A stretch of DNA of 64,000 bases, taken from NCBI GenBank assembly GCA_963693365.1, contig CAVNZM010000009.1, positions 5,648,245-5,712,244 of the forward strand, in the 5' to 3' direction. The stretch is from Amoebidium appalachense. Taxonomy: Eukaryota > Protista > Ichthyosporea. A program made the translations under genes and the position numbers. Positions within the stretch are counted from its first letter, which is position 1, and each line of letters starts with the position of its first letter. Shown piece after piece: positions 40,646-55,001 of this stretch. The notes below the pieces were generated by a model that was not told the origin of the DNA, made no database searches, and worked only from the letters and a program-made list of their open reading frames with translations.

Positions 40646-41651
40646 GGTGGCTGTAATCCTGGGACGCTGCCGTCAGCTAACCTGCTTGTTCGGTGCACAC
40701 AAACACGAGCTGGTATCTATTAGATTAAAATCTCTAGCCCGTTCGTGGTGTTGGGCTGCCCTAGTTTCTGGCCGTTTACAGCCTCCGTCTAATAATTACT
40801 GGCCTTCTGTGAGGTGTTCTGCCCCAATGCAGATGTGTAGGCAGATGAGTGAAACCCTACGTTGAGCTAGCTAGCTACAGAAAAGTAGCGGAACCTTCCC
40901 ACAGAATAATGGCAGAACCACTAATTTTCTCTCAGTTGCCTGGTGTGTAACAGCCAACACGCTCACCACTCGAGCTCACACACACACTGCACGCAGGAGA
41001 CATGGTGAAGGTGACCGAGTGCTACACAAGGTGGGTGGGGTGTGTGCGATCTGGGCGGCTCACAAAGTCGAGTCGGGTCACACAAGTCGGGCCGGGTTGG
41101 TGGAACAGGACGGTGCACTGTAAGCCAATCGAATGGTTGTCTCGCATGGACCAGGTAGTCTGCACAGTACTACGTCATGTTTTCTTTCTTTCTTTTATTG
41201 CCTTAGCCATATGTGTGTGTTTATAATTACGTGCTGAAGACTACAAACAGTGGCACACGAAGGAAAGAAAGAATTCGAAAGAAAAACGGGGAGCTCCTTA
41301 TCACCCCCTTGGGCGAAAAACGTGTGCAGGGAAAATCATTCGGGTCGCGAAGTTGCTACGCTGAGAAACACGAACTCAAGCTCTGAAGCTGTATTTATAC
41401 GCAACATAGGGAAAAATTAAAGGGAGCGGCAGTGAGAAGAACGACAAACCGCTGTCTGCTACGTATAGAGTCAATACCAGTCGATTAGAGGCTAAGATCC
41501 AAAGTAGCCCTTCCGAAACCCTTACCTTGGTCCCCATCCTTTCTAGTTTTTGACACCAGCTGCAGCTTAGCGCGACGCACTTCTACTTCAAGCTAGAAGT
41601 TCACCACCCCTTATAAAACAGACAGTGTGGATTCGACTATAAGCAGACACC

Positions 41652-41839
41652 ATGGCGCCTATCAGGCTCTCCTATCTCCCCCTGCTCCTGCTTGCAGCCA
41701 CCACTACTGCGGGTGTAACCGAGCTGACAGACTCAAATTTTGACGCCCTCACAAAGGCCATGGAGCAGGGGAATAAGGATCCATGGCTCGTGAAGTTGTG
41801 AGTGCCCCAAGGGGGAAAGGTCTCGGAGGTTTTTTTTTT

Positions 41840-41870
<31 letters not shown>

Positions 41871-42580
41871 GGGAGCAGGGGGGGGGGGGGGGGCGGGGGG
41901 AGGGGGAGAGAGAGAGAGGGAGGAAAGAAGGGTAGAACATGTGGTACTGTTTTTGGCAGCAGATGTCAATAATATAGAGTGTTATTTGATGGCAAGTACA
42001 TAATCATATATTGGGTGGCATATGGCATACGTGGGGAAGGTGACGGAAAGAAAGTGGGCACGGGAAAGGCAAGGAAGGAGAAGAGAAGGTGCTTGTGACT
42101 GTGGATTCATAGACTCTGCCTTGTCACGTCGGGGCTGGGACGAAAAAAATCAACCACATCTGATGGAGTTTGCTTTATTTGTTGTGGAAAATTGTATGCG
42201 ATCCTGAACAATGTACACTTATGATCTGCCCAGAGAAAAACTTAGCTCTGCTCAGCCACTCGTTTAAATCAATCATTACTTGCATGGTTCGTTGATCTCC
42301 GTCACTGCCACACCGCCTCCTCGATTCCCTCTTTTAGTCTTGTCGTCACGATCCAAACAGATCTATGTATTTGATGCAAAGTTTTAGTGTTCTCGTTGTT
42401 TTTCTTGTACTTGTACTGAAAGCCTAACCTATGCCGAGCCATCTGACCCTCCCCCTCCCCCCCCCCCCCCCCCTTTCAGCCATGCGCCTTGGTGCGGCCA
42501 CTGCAAGCGGCTTGTGCCCACCTGGGATAGCCTCAGCAACGAACTGAAGGGGTGCGTGCCCGTCTGCTTGGCTTTTTTTT

Positions 42581-42631
<51 letters not shown>

Positions 42632-45600
42632 CTGCTGGGAGGGTAACCGAGGTGAAGGTGTGGGTTGTTTTTGGTGTTTGCCTGTTGCCTGGAGAGGGGT
42701 AGGAGGGATTCATGCCTCTTTGCCTGGGACGAGATGGAGGGGTTGGGTGCCAGTTTTTTTGCCTGCATGTGGGGGTTGTGGTTATGTTTGTCGCTTGGAT
42801 AGAAAGGAGGGTGGAAGTAATGTGTGTGCCTGCCCTTGTGAAGAGCGGGAGTGGGGAGGGGGTGCGGAAGGGGGGGGGGGGGGGGGTGAGAGGGGGGCGG
42901 GGTTGAGTGCCCACCAGGAGGGGGGAGCATAGGATGTTCATGCACGTCAACGTGGAGGAAAGGCATGATAACTGGGAGGTGTTTATTTCTTGGGGTCGTG
43001 GAAAAATGTGTGGGCTATGGCAGAAAATGGGGCCGTGTGTCTACCTTTTATAAGGGGGGGCGAGGAGGAGGAGGAGGGGGGGGGGGGGAAGGAGAGGGAG
43101 GGAGGGGGGCTATCGAATGTTCCCTTTTATGTTCGTTCCTTTTTCTTTTGGGTTTTTCCTTTTCCTTTTCGTTATATTATTGTGTAAGAAGGGGTGGGTG
43201 GGGGGAGGGGGGGGAGGGAATAAATAATGTCCCCCTTCAGGTTCCCCCCCCCCCCCCCTTCTTTCTGTTCTCTCCTTTTTCTTTTTTTTTGTTTGTTTTT
43301 TTGGTTACAAGGGGGGGAGAGGGGGAGGGGGGGGGGGGGGGGGGATAGAAAGAGGAAAGGCCGAAGGGGAGGGAGGAGGGGGGTAGGTTGGCTTTGCGTC
43401 TATGTGGTGTTGTGTGTCACGTGTGCAAGGAAGGGGGGGAGGGGGGGGGGGAAGAGGGGGGGGGGGGGGGTGCTGAAGGTTGGTGTGTGTGGCTGATCCA
43501 GGGACATTTTCGTGCAGGAGGGTCAACGTGGCAAAGGTGGACTGTGTGGGCAGTGGTGGAGGTAGGCAGTGTGTGGGCCCTGCACCTGTGCATGCATCTG
43601 CCAGCATGTGCCCGTGTGTGCTTTGTGCCTGTGTCTGTGCTGTGCCTGTGCCTGTGCCTGTGCCCTGTGCCTGTGCCTGTGTGTATCCTGTGCCTGTGTG
43701 TGCCCTATGCCTGTGCCTGTGTGTGCCCGGTGCCTGTGTCTGCGCTGTGCCTGTGCCTGTGCCTGTGCCCTGTGCCTGTGCCTGTGTGTGCCCTGTGCCT
43801 GTGTGTGCCCTATGCCTGTGCCTGTGTGTGCCCTGTGCCTGTGTCTGCGGTGTGCCTGTGCCTGTGCCTGTGTGTGCCCTGTGCCTGTGTGTGACCTGTG
43901 CCTGTGCCTATGTGTGCCCTGTGCCTGTGTGTGCCCTGTGCCTGTGCCTATGTGTGCCCTGTGCATGTGTGTGCTCTGTGCCTGTGTGTGCCCTGTGCCT
44001 GTGCCTATGTGTGCCCTGTGCCTGTGCCTATGTGTCCCCTGTGCCTGTGCCTATGTGTGCCCTGTGCCTGTGTGTGCTGACCCACTCTCCACAGACACGT
44101 GCACGCGCTTCCATATCCGTGGCTACCCCACCCTGAAACTGTAAGTCTGCCCCCCCCCCCCCTCCCCCCCCCCTCCCCCCCCCCCCCCCTCCCCCCCCCT
44201 CTCTCCCCCAGAGCCTTGCTTTGCCCCCTCTTTCGTTCCTCTCTTGTGTGCCCATTGCTATGCTGTGAACCTTTCTACAGTACTCTACCCATGCATGCCC
44301 CGGCCATCACACCATAATGCTGCCTCCGTGTGCTATGTAACCCAAGCATTTCTTTGCAGATGAACCCGAAGAACCCGAAGCTTTCTTTCTTTGTCACGTT
44401 TACATCTGGGTTGCATCATACTTCGAACCATGGGGGTGTGTGTGTGTGTGTGTCTGTGTGTGTGTGCGCGTGTGTCTAGAGGAGGGGGGGGGAGGGGGGG
44501 GGGGGGGGGGGGGATCGGATTGCGTAGATGCTACGTGTGTGTGCGGATGTTCATGTGGGCAAAGAAAAAACCGTGTCGGTGTGTGTGTGTGTGTGCGTGT
44601 GCGTGCGTGCGTGGTGGGCGGGTGGGGTGGGATGGGGCTGGGGGGGGGAAGGGGGAGGGAGGAGAGGGATTTGTGTGGCTGGAATGGTGGGTTTGCTCGA
44701 GCTCACAGCATGGTGTTCAGGCTTGTGGGAGGCAAGGCCTACGACTACGTGGGTGCACGCACTGAGTTCGATATCAAGCGGTTTGCTACAGGCGACTACA
44801 CAAAGCACAAGGCCCACAGTGTCCCCCCACCCCTCACCCTGTGGTACGTGTGCCATACTCGGTGTTGATCCTCTGTGTGCTGGTGTCTGCTTCTCCTGTC
44901 TCTGTTAACGTTAGGCTGCATTCAACAAGGCAATATAGGTGTATATGTGTATGGGTGTGGGATGCAATAGTGGCGGGTAAGCATGGTGGGTGACCTGCTC
45001 ACATGCTGCTGCACACAGGGACAAGTTCTACACCCCGGTGGCTGATGCTTTTGCTGCAATCGGAGCAGAGTTCAAGGTACGTGCACGTAGGGTGTGAATG
45101 CAACTTGCAGTGGTTGAATGGGCAAAAAAAAAAATATGCATGCATCAAGCACATTCTGGACACAAACACATTCACACATAACACACACAGCACACGCACA
45201 CGCACACACACACACATGGGAACACACATACAAACAGGCATCCACAAACGCACAACCCGGCACTATCAAGAAGAATGCCCTACGAGAGAATGGCCTGTGT
45301 AATCACTTCAAGCGTTTGCCATGAGCACTGCAGCTGTGGGTGCTGGTTAGCTGTGCCTGGTATGACTGTTACACACAGCCAAGGGAGCAACTGGCTAACA
45401 TCACACGTGCACACACACATAATCACACACACACACACACACAGGGCATGATCAACGACCACCCCATGGCGCTTGCAGGGACCCTTGCCGCAGGGTTTGG
45501 ACTGGGGGCACTGTTTGTGTCGTTCCTCTGGTGCCTGTTTAGCTGGGGCCCACAGCCAGAAGGACAACCGGTGGATATGGAGGAGGAGGAGGAGGAGAAG

Positions 45601-45660
45601 GAGGGGGAGGGAAAAGAGGGGGAGGGAGAGAAAGAGGGGGAGGATAAGAAGACAAAGTAG
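41652..45660 (+). CDS. Thioredoxin-related transmembrane ER protein (TMX-like PDI family), 7 exons
   Basis: Signal peptide, ELTDSNFD..WLVKFHAPWCGHCKRL, NVAKVDC, RFHIRGYPTLKL, a TM helix, an acidic tail and a C-terminal KKTK* ER-retrieval motif; all GT-AG introns. Confidence 0.92.
43623..44075 (+). repeat. (CCTGTG)n-based minisatellite filling a TMX intron
   Basis: About 450 bp of CCTGTG/GTGCCC variants with higher-order units. Confidence 0.92.
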
Positions 45661-46165
45661 GTGTGGGGTGGAGGTAGCATAGCTTCTTACAGTAGCATAC
45701 TCACGTTATATGGCAATGACAAACATCGTGCGTGGGTCATACAGGCTAGAGGGGTATGGGGGTAACGTATGTTCATGTACTCGAAGGTGTCCAACTGTGT
45801 TTCATCGATTTGGCACCGTTACTTGGTGAATCTAATTTCGACCAAACACCAACATCAACAGTGATTCTGTAAGCTTTTTCTTTGAACACATGATGAAGGC
45901 AGACAGACATATGTGCGTGTTTATTTGCAAGATGCTGGGTGTCAGCCCGGCATATGTCATATGGTGCCATTGGGGCTAATGCTACTGTATACGATACAAC
46001 CGTGTGTGCTTTCATCGTGGTGACCCAAATAGGGATTGATGAAACAGGACGATACAAACAGATTAAAAATACAAATCACTGCATGCCCCATACATGTACT
46101 GTGTGCTGTGTGGGAACTGATCAAAACATGTGTGCTTGTTTGCAGAATTGTGCCCGTACGTGTTT

Positions 46166-46214
<49 letters not shown>

Positions 46215-46308
46215 GTGTGTGCGTGTGCACCCTTGTGCATGTATGTGGGTGGGTGTGGGTGTGTACATGCGTGCGCACATGTATGTGTGTGCGCGCACGT
46301 GTGTGTGT

Positions 46309-46356
<48 letters not shown>

Positions 46357-47113
46357 CCACGCGCGCATGCACACTCCTGTTCATCTGCACATGTGCACAT
46401 ATAATCTCAAGGCCCTTAATCCAACATGGAATTACGCAACATACCAATCAGTTTCAGTGCACATGCAACCAAAGCCTATAGACCCGTCCTATTAGTGTGT
46501 GGGCCACATGGCTTTGTGTTCATACATATATCTACACGGGGTCTATCTACACGGCCTATTGCCCTGGGCTGTCGTGCTGTTGCCTCGGTGTGGTGGGTGT
46601 CCGTGGCTTTTCAGGGGCCCTGGGGGGTGGGGGGCGGGACAAAAGTTAGTGTTGCTGGGGCTATTAGGTCTACTGGGCAGCGTGCACATGTTCTGTGCCT
46701 ACCTCACCCACACAAAAACAAAACTTAGAAACGGGGGTTTCATTTAGGTCGATTTATGGGCCCTTTAGGGCCAGGCTAACGTTGTTTGATGCACATCACC
46801 AATCATAAACCCGACCCGGAACCCTAAAGAAAAGAGACCACCAGCTCACAACAACACAGCCACAGCACACGTGCACCAGCACCGACTGGCCCACACATGC
46901 TAGACCCTTCCACGCCTCACCCATTACACCCCTACTAGTTGCCTTCACATCTCCACCCACATGCTTGTTTCCCAACACATACAGACCACAAGCTGACCAC
47001 AGAAAAAAGCAGGAGGGGTGCAGTCACAAATCTTCATGCGCACGTGCCGTGATGTCACCATGAAACCACCGAATGTTGGGCAGGCATGAGTGTGTGCAAC
47101 GTGCTACGACCCA

Positions 47114-47288
47114 CTAGAATTTCCAAAGACAAAAACACCATGTGAGAGCATATAAAGGGGTACTGTACCCATCGGGCTTTGCCCCTGTGGCCCTCTTGTT
47201 TTTGATCAGCTGCGTGAAGAAGTTGCTGATCACCGCCTGGTTGCTCGACCCACCGTCCTGAGTGTCTCGGTCAGTATCGTGGGCAACA

Positions 47289-47325
<37 letters not shown>

Positions 47326-48756
47326 AGAAGAAGCCCGTAGCCAGCCAGCACTTTGCTATACGTGGCACCCACATACAGTCGGCGCAAAATGTAACTGGTG
47401 CCCGCATACCGTCAGCACACATGCACACACACACACACACACCTGCCTGCCTACCCGCCCGCCCACCCGCACCCCCCCGCCCGCCCGCCCATCCACGCAC
47501 ACGCCACACACACAAGCACACATGCACACACATGAGTGCCTGCAACCTGCAAGCACGCCGCCCGGGGTTGGAGGGGGGGGGGGGGGGGGGGGAGGGGGGG
47601 GATATGCATACAGCAGGCACTGGGGTTGTGCCTGGCCGTGCTGTCGGTGGTCGTGTGGCCGCAGCAGCAGATGGCACAGCTGCAGCTACCCTCGAGGCAT
47701 CCTGGGGGAGGGGAGTGAGCAGCAGGCACAGGCACAGGCCACGGGCACAGACAAATCCTGGCAACAATACGTGCACGTTCGTGGCCATGTGCCGAGCATA
47801 AACACATATGCATACATGCAGGCTGGCAGATAGGTCATTGGGCTAGGAATGGGTCTGAATTGGCAGCACCAGCGGTACGTCTGTGCCCAAGTGCAAGCAA
47901 GTGCAAGTATGTGCGTATGCAGGTGTGTGTGTCTGCATGTGTGTGTGTCTGCAAGTGTGTGTTTGCAAATATGCGTGTCTGCATGTGTGTGTGCGCATGT
48001 CGGTCCAAAAGAAGCCCATTGTGCATGCCTTATCTCCCCGCTATCTGCATCATGACTACACAGGAATGCATCAGCACATGTCCAAACCCATTGCAGCGCA
48101 CACCCCCCCCCCCCCCCCTCCACCCCTCCCCTCTCCCTTCTCCCCCCTCCCCCCCCCCCCCCCCCCCCCCCCCCCCACCACACACACACACACACACACA
48201 CACGTACCGTGGACACAGGCCTGGCGCCTGCTGTGCGCAGTGTGTCCGGCCTGTCCAGCAGTGCCTTCATGCGCCCCAGAAACACCTGCTCGTCCTCGGC
48301 TCGTACGGCCTGCTCCCTCGTGGTCTGCTTGCACACAGTCAGCATGCAGTGTATTGCACACATGCACCAGCATTGCACTGTGTAGCAGAGCCATCTACCG
48401 AGTGTGCATGACATTACGACATTGTTGGCCGGCCATGGGTGCACACAGGGAAGCACGTACAGGCCCACACATGGCCACATACAGTCCATGCATGCAAATC
48501 GGCACGACCCCCGAGCCTGGTTCCATGCCAGCATCCACCCAGACACACACGTATATGGACATGCATGCGCACTCACACCAACATGCACGTGCGCAGGCAC
48601 AGGCATGCGCACTATGCGCACACCCACCCGTCCACCCCTGTTCCACATCCTTGCACCCACCCACCCACCCACACACCCATCCCATCCACCCAATCCATCT
48701 CTCTATCTCTTTCTCCCCCCTCCCCCCCCCCCCACACACACACACCCATCGCCCCA

Positions 48757-48788
<32 letters not shown>

Positions 48789-49605
48789 ACACACACACAC
48801 CCATCCCCCCTCCCTACCCCTCTTCCCCCCCCCCCCACACCCACACACACACGTACGTTCTTGTATGAGGGCCTGAGGATGACGTCCTCATATTCGTCCT
48901 CCGGGGCCATCAGCTTCATGTTGTCGCCCAGCGCTTTGATTTTGTTGGCGCTGTCCCACCCCGTAGGGACAAACACCGTTTCTGCACCACACACATGAGC
49001 CCATGCTGCACCGATACACTATTCTCTCTCCCTGCAAGCATGCCACACATCCACCCCACCCTGCCCTCATGCCCTCCCCCCCCTTCCCCCCCCCCCCCCC
49101 CCCCCCCCGCTCTCGACCACACACACACACACACACACACACCCCTCCCTTCCCACCCCCCCTTCTCCCTCTCCCCCTCCCCTCCCCCCCCCCCTCCCCC
49201 CTCCCCCCCTCCCCCCACCACCACCACCATCACCGCCACCACCGCCACCGCCACCACCGACACCGCAACCCCGAGCAGTTATCAAAGACTTCCTATTGCA
49301 ACCCTCACAGCCCCCAACACCCCTGCAAGCACCTACCCCTATCCATGATCTGGGGCTGTACGGTGAAGGCCAGGCCGTATAGTCTGTGTGCAATGTACTT
49401 GAACAGCAGGTCGGTGTTGCGGCTCTGTGTGGCTGTCGTGTACACCAATGCTGCACCGTCTGTGCACACAGGCGTTAATGAGCAGTATGCATGCATGCAT
49501 TTGTAAGTTGGTTTCTTTAGTTTCCTTTTTCTTTCCCACTCACTCTTCACTGGTTTCTTGGTTCCTCTACAAGGGGATGGCTTTGGTGGATTTCGGAAGA
49601 AATGA

Positions 49606-49647
<42 letters not shown>

Positions 49648-51031
49648 ATTCTGCCTCTGCTCTCTTTTCCCAGAATGTGGGTTCGGAGAGGGGGAGAGCG
49701 GGAGGGGAGAGGGGAAGGGGGGGGGGGGAAAGACATTCCTGAGCAGTAAACACAACTGGAACTGGATGTGTGCATGTACACAAGTGCATCTCTCTCGCTC
49801 TCTTCTACCGGTCTTTCTCTCCCTCCACACTCCATCCCTTTCTCCCTACCTCCCCTTCAACGCACACACCACACACAAACCCGTCTACCCGCCCGCCCCC
49901 ACTTACCCATCCCTTCCTCTCATCCCACACTCATTCGCTCCATCCTTAGCTCTCTATCGCATTGTGTGTCTTTTGGCCTGCCCATGAGGACATGCATGCA
50001 TCTGTGTGTGCATGCATGCATGCATAAGTGCGAGTGTACATAAAAATGTGTGTGTATTAGTGTGTGTGCATAAGCTTGCTTGCATGTGTGTGTGTCCACA
50101 CGAGCATGTGCTTGTATGTAGTTACCTTTGGAATGTTCCGCATCTTGTGCGCTTGTCGGTGCATGTTGCGTTGGTGTGCATGGGTGTACTGTGTTTGCGT
50201 GTGCGTGTATAGCCCTACGCATGCCCACATGCACGAGCATGTGTGTCTGTGTGTCCTATGTGTGTGTGTGTGTGTGGCCGTCTGTACACATTGGTGTGGA
50301 AATATACTGGTAAGTGTATGCTTCCATCAATGTTCGTGTACATCGGAAGGTTCGTGTGTCTGTGTAAGAACGTGTACACATATATGTGCATGAGTGTTTA
50401 TGTATTTCTCTCTCTGTGTGTGTGCATTAGTGTGTTTGAGTGTGTTTGTAGGCACCTGCATGCCTGTGTTCCGTGTGTGTGTGTGTGCCTTTGTGTGTGT
50501 GCATGTGTGCGTGTTGGTGTGTGTGTGTGCATGTGTGGTTGTGGGTATGTGTGTGTGTGTCTGTGCATCTGTGTGGCTGCATGCTGTGCTCATGCATCGT
50601 TGCACGTACACTTAAGGCAGAACTGGCGCATCTTCATCTGGATAAAGTCAAAGTGCTCGTCTCGGAGATTGCTGGCCTCCGTGTCGCACTGGATATTCCC
50701 ACGTGAGACCACAACAGACACGAGCCCCTTCTTTCCTGCCCGTATGTTGGCCAGTTGGCACGCTCACACGAACACACGTTGCACCCCTTGTCTAGCACAT
50801 GGCCAATGGCCGCATGCATGCATACATGCACACACGCACATACACAGGCACGCAAGCACGCCCGCAAGCACGTACACACGCATGCACGCACACCCGCCCG
50901 CCCGCCCGCCCACCCGCCCGCCCACGCACCATAACATGCCACCTATTCCTATGCATGACCTCACCTGCCTCTCCTGCTGACTCGTCACCCAATCCCGCCA
51001 CCCACATTAGCACCTAGCTCCCCCTCCCCCC

Positions 51032-51065
<34 letters not shown>

Positions 51066-52512
51066 TCTCACCCCTCCAACCACCCACCCACCCAACCATC
51101 CACCCCCACCTCTACCACCAACCACCACCACACCCACTAACACTATCTCCTCCACCCTCCATCCTTTATACCTTCTTTCCCTCAATACTCCGCCCAGCCA
51201 TTACGCCCCACCCCTTAAGCCCCCCATCCCCCCCACCTCTCCCCACCCACCCACCCACACACACACCCACACACACACACACACACAGCAGGCACCTTTG
51301 TGACGACCACGATGATGGGCATGCCCAGGTTTCTGTCCAGCACGCCCTTGTCCAGGGGCACAAGCACGTCCTCCCTGTCCCCTCCCTGCGCCTCCCCCCC
51401 CTCCCCTGCAGGCCGTCTGCTGCTGTACTCTCGGAAGTATCTCTCCACTGCACCCCCCCACACACCACTCAGCACCACCCCATCAACACACCACTCGGCC
51501 ACCGCACACCCACCCACCAGCGTATCCCCCCGACACTCTTCCTCTTCTAGCTCCCACCCATCCCACCCCAACCACCACTCCATCCCCCTGCGACCCTCCC
51601 CGCTGCCCAAGCACACATACTCCCCTTGCATCACCCGAACACATCCCTCCCCTCAACCCCACCCCCAACCCTACTCAAACCCCCATACCCACCATAACCA
51701 CCACAACCACGCCCGCCCGCACACACGCATGCACACACACGCTACAGCCACCTCCATACTGAAGCCACCCACCCAGCAGTACCACACATAGTCCCCCCCA
51801 ATCCCTCCCTCCCCCCCCCCACACACACACACACACACACACAGGCATACGCACTCTTTTGCCTCTGGGCCTGCATGGCGTCCAGCGGGATGGCCAGGGA
51901 GTCCACGTGGTCCTGCAGCGTCTTTGCCCACGTCTGCACCCACCTAGTGAGCACGTGCCTGCAGCAAACACACCATCCATGCACACAGTGCACAACAATG
52001 CCCCCCATGCATAGCATCCACCCATCTCAATCAACCCCCCCCCCCCCCCCCCCTTCCTGCAACCCCCCCTCCCCTCCCCTCTACCCCACTTCCTCATAAT
52101 AATTTCTGTGTGTGCATGCACCTCTCACTATAGGCCTGATGCCCTACACCTTCTCATGCACGGTGCTTGCCCGCCCATTCATTGCGTCCAAACCTTGTCT
52201 ACGTCTTTCAACAGCAGCCTTCCTCTCCCCTTGCCTTGCTTTGCTAGATCCCTCCACCCCTCCCACCACCACCCCCCCTCCCTACCCCTCCACACACACA
52301 CATACACAACACAAGCACGCTTCCCCACACCCGCTCACCTGCCTGCCCGCGTCCACACACGCACACACGCACACATGGGAGCACACACCATGCATGCATG
52401 CACGCACACACATCTGAAAATGCACGCACCCACACGTGTGTGTGCGCGCTCACTCATTCACTCACTCACTCACGCACACACACACACAAACGCACGCAAG
52501 CATGCACACACG

Positions 52513-52558
<46 letters not shown>

Positions 52559-52641
52559 CACACAAACGCACACACACACACACACGCGCACGCGCGCGCG
52601 CACACACACACACACGCACACGCACACGCACACGCACACAC

Positions 52642-52695
<54 letters not shown>

Positions 52696-52710
52696 GCACA
52701 CGCACGCACA

Positions 52711-52742
<32 letters not shown>

Positions 52743-53425
52743 CACGCACACCTGCAATGAGTCCATGATGGTCCATGGTCTTGACATATCCACCACCAGC
52801 AGCACGGCCGTGTGCTCCAGTGTCTCGGCACTCAGTGCATACTTCATCAGTGGCTGGTAGGCCGGGTCACTGTCCAGCGTCCATAGGCTCAACCGTGCAG
52901 TTTCTGTTTGAAAAAACGAAGATGCCCCAAACGTGAGCTAGTGAACACAAACGGGGGGGGGGGGGAGGGGTGGGGGGGGTTGGATGCCTCATAAAGTACG
53001 AAGTACACAAGAACAACGGATAACACGATGCAGAATGCAAACCATACATAAAGAGTATGCATAATAAGCAGAGCCCTTCCCCAGGGGGGGCCCACGTCAT
53101 CCACAGTAACCGAGTTTCGACCCATTCACCTCGTTAACGAAACCCAACTCAGGTACTGTTTCACTTGGGGAAGGAACAGTTGCCTTAGTACTGTTTCACT
53201 TGGGGAAGGAACAGTTGCCTTAACTAGATGTGGCTGGGTTGATAGCGGGAGGGAAGGAGGTGGCTATGCTTGTGCCTATGCATGGTCATTGGGTGTGGCT
53301 CAGGCCGTGAGGTGTGTGTGTGTATGGAACTGAGCGGGCCAAGGTGTGTGTGTGCATGTGCCCTGACTGTAATGTGTGTGTGTCTGTGTGCGTGTGTGTG
53401 TGTGTGTGTGTACGCATGTGCACGT

Positions 53426-53457
<32 letters not shown>

Positions 53458-53465
53458 ACGCGTGT

Positions 53466-53529
<64 letters not shown>

Positions 53530-53638
53530 ATGTGAGTGTGTGTGGAGTGGTGTGTGTGTGCATGTGCCCTGACTGTGATGTGTTTGTGTGTGTGTGTGTA
53601 CGCTGTGTGTGCATGTGCGTGCATGTGTGTGTGTGTGT

Positions 53639-53685
<47 letters not shown>

Positions 53686-55001
53686 CGCGCGCGCATGTGC
53701 ACGTGTGTGTATGCATGTGTGTATGTGTGTCTGTGTGCGCGCGCGCATGCGTGTGTGTGTGTGCGTGTGCGCCTGTGTGTGTGTGGATGGGTCGAGGGTG
53801 TGGTGTGGGTATGGGTGTGGTCGTGCCGCATCCGGGCGTTTGTGCCTGTTTTTAATTTACTGTTACGTGTGTTGATGCGAGTGATCATCTGTGTGTATAC
53901 GAATGTGCGTGTGTACACAGATAAGTGCCAGGAGAGTGTCTTTCGTGTTTGGCCGTACCACCGTGTGCTTACACATGGGTGTGTGTATGTAGGTGCTTGG
54001 TTGTGCATCTGAGTAGGTGTGTATGTGTGTGGGTTCGGCTGCCCACGCAGGTGTGTGTGTGCAGGCCACAATTCATATGTGTACAGCGCGGACTTGCGCA
54101 CGTGTTCCTAGTGTGACTGGACACATCCAACTGGCTGGCTTACCATCGTCGTCAAGGCTGACGTCCACGTAGGTGTACTCTAGGCCCATGCCCTTTTTCA
54201 CGTTTGCCAAGTCTATGTTCTTGAACCGTGCTATTAGTGACGCCTTCCCGCTCTGCCGGCCCCCTGGAAGTTTACCACACCAGAACCTCGTCAGAACCAA
54301 CTCGTCCCGTGCCCTGCTCAACTGCTCCCCCCCCCTCCTCGCCCCTCTCCCTCTCCCCCCTTCCCTTCTCCCTCCAACCCCCATGCACGCACACAGACAC
54401 ACCTTCAGATCCTCCCCTTCGACCCCACCCAGCTCCACACACACACTCACACCTACATCCACACCCATACACGCACACACACCTCCTTCTCCTTCTCCAT
54501 GGACACACACACACACCACCTCACACACCCAACACAACCTACCTAAGGCACTGCATCTTGACAACCTTGCAGCTTTCGGATTTGAGAACCAAGCGAGCCG
54601 CAGGCTTACAAAAGGGCAGAGACAAAGGTGAAAAACGCGCGTGAGGAAATGCAAAGTGGTCCAAAAAAGGGAACCAAAGACGAGCAGGCTCGCAGACCCC
54701 AAGGTCAACAAGCACACAGCACCACACTCCACCAAAGGATGTAATGCACTTTGAAGGGAAAGCAAGCACGCGTCTATGTAAAAATATGAGTGCGCGAACG
54801 CGCGTACATACACGCATGCAGACACAAGCACGCCTTACCTAGCACCAGCACCGACTTCTCCGGTTTTTTCTTGCTTGACGCAGCTAGAGCCTGCTCCAGA
54901 ATGTTGCGCCACAGCCCCGACTTCTCCCCCCCCTCCGCCTGCTGCGTGCCAGGCGGCGGGGCCGGGGGTGCCTGCGCACCGTCCCCAGCTGAGGGCCCCA
55001 T
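47114..55001 (-). CDS. DYNC1LI: Cytoplasmic dynein 1 light intermediate chain, multi-exon (3' end tentative)
   Basis: [112 protein letters not shown]; GT-AG introns. Confidence 0.95.
53054..53123 (-). repeat. Dispersed 70-nt intronic element, copy 2
   Basis: Homologous to 33482-33551; a shared GTACTTCGTA block and C-run lie further downstream in both. Confidence 0.85.
53153..53222. repeat. Perfect 35-bp tandem duplication
   Basis: GTACTGTTTCACTTGGGGAAGGAACAGTTGCCTTA x2, adjacent to dispersed-element copy 2. Confidence 0.95.

Noticed and set aside
41002-41036. Extra first exon MVKVTECYTR|gt upstream of the TMX gene
   Set aside because: TMX already has a good ATG and signal peptide at 41652; no supportable downstream partner exon.
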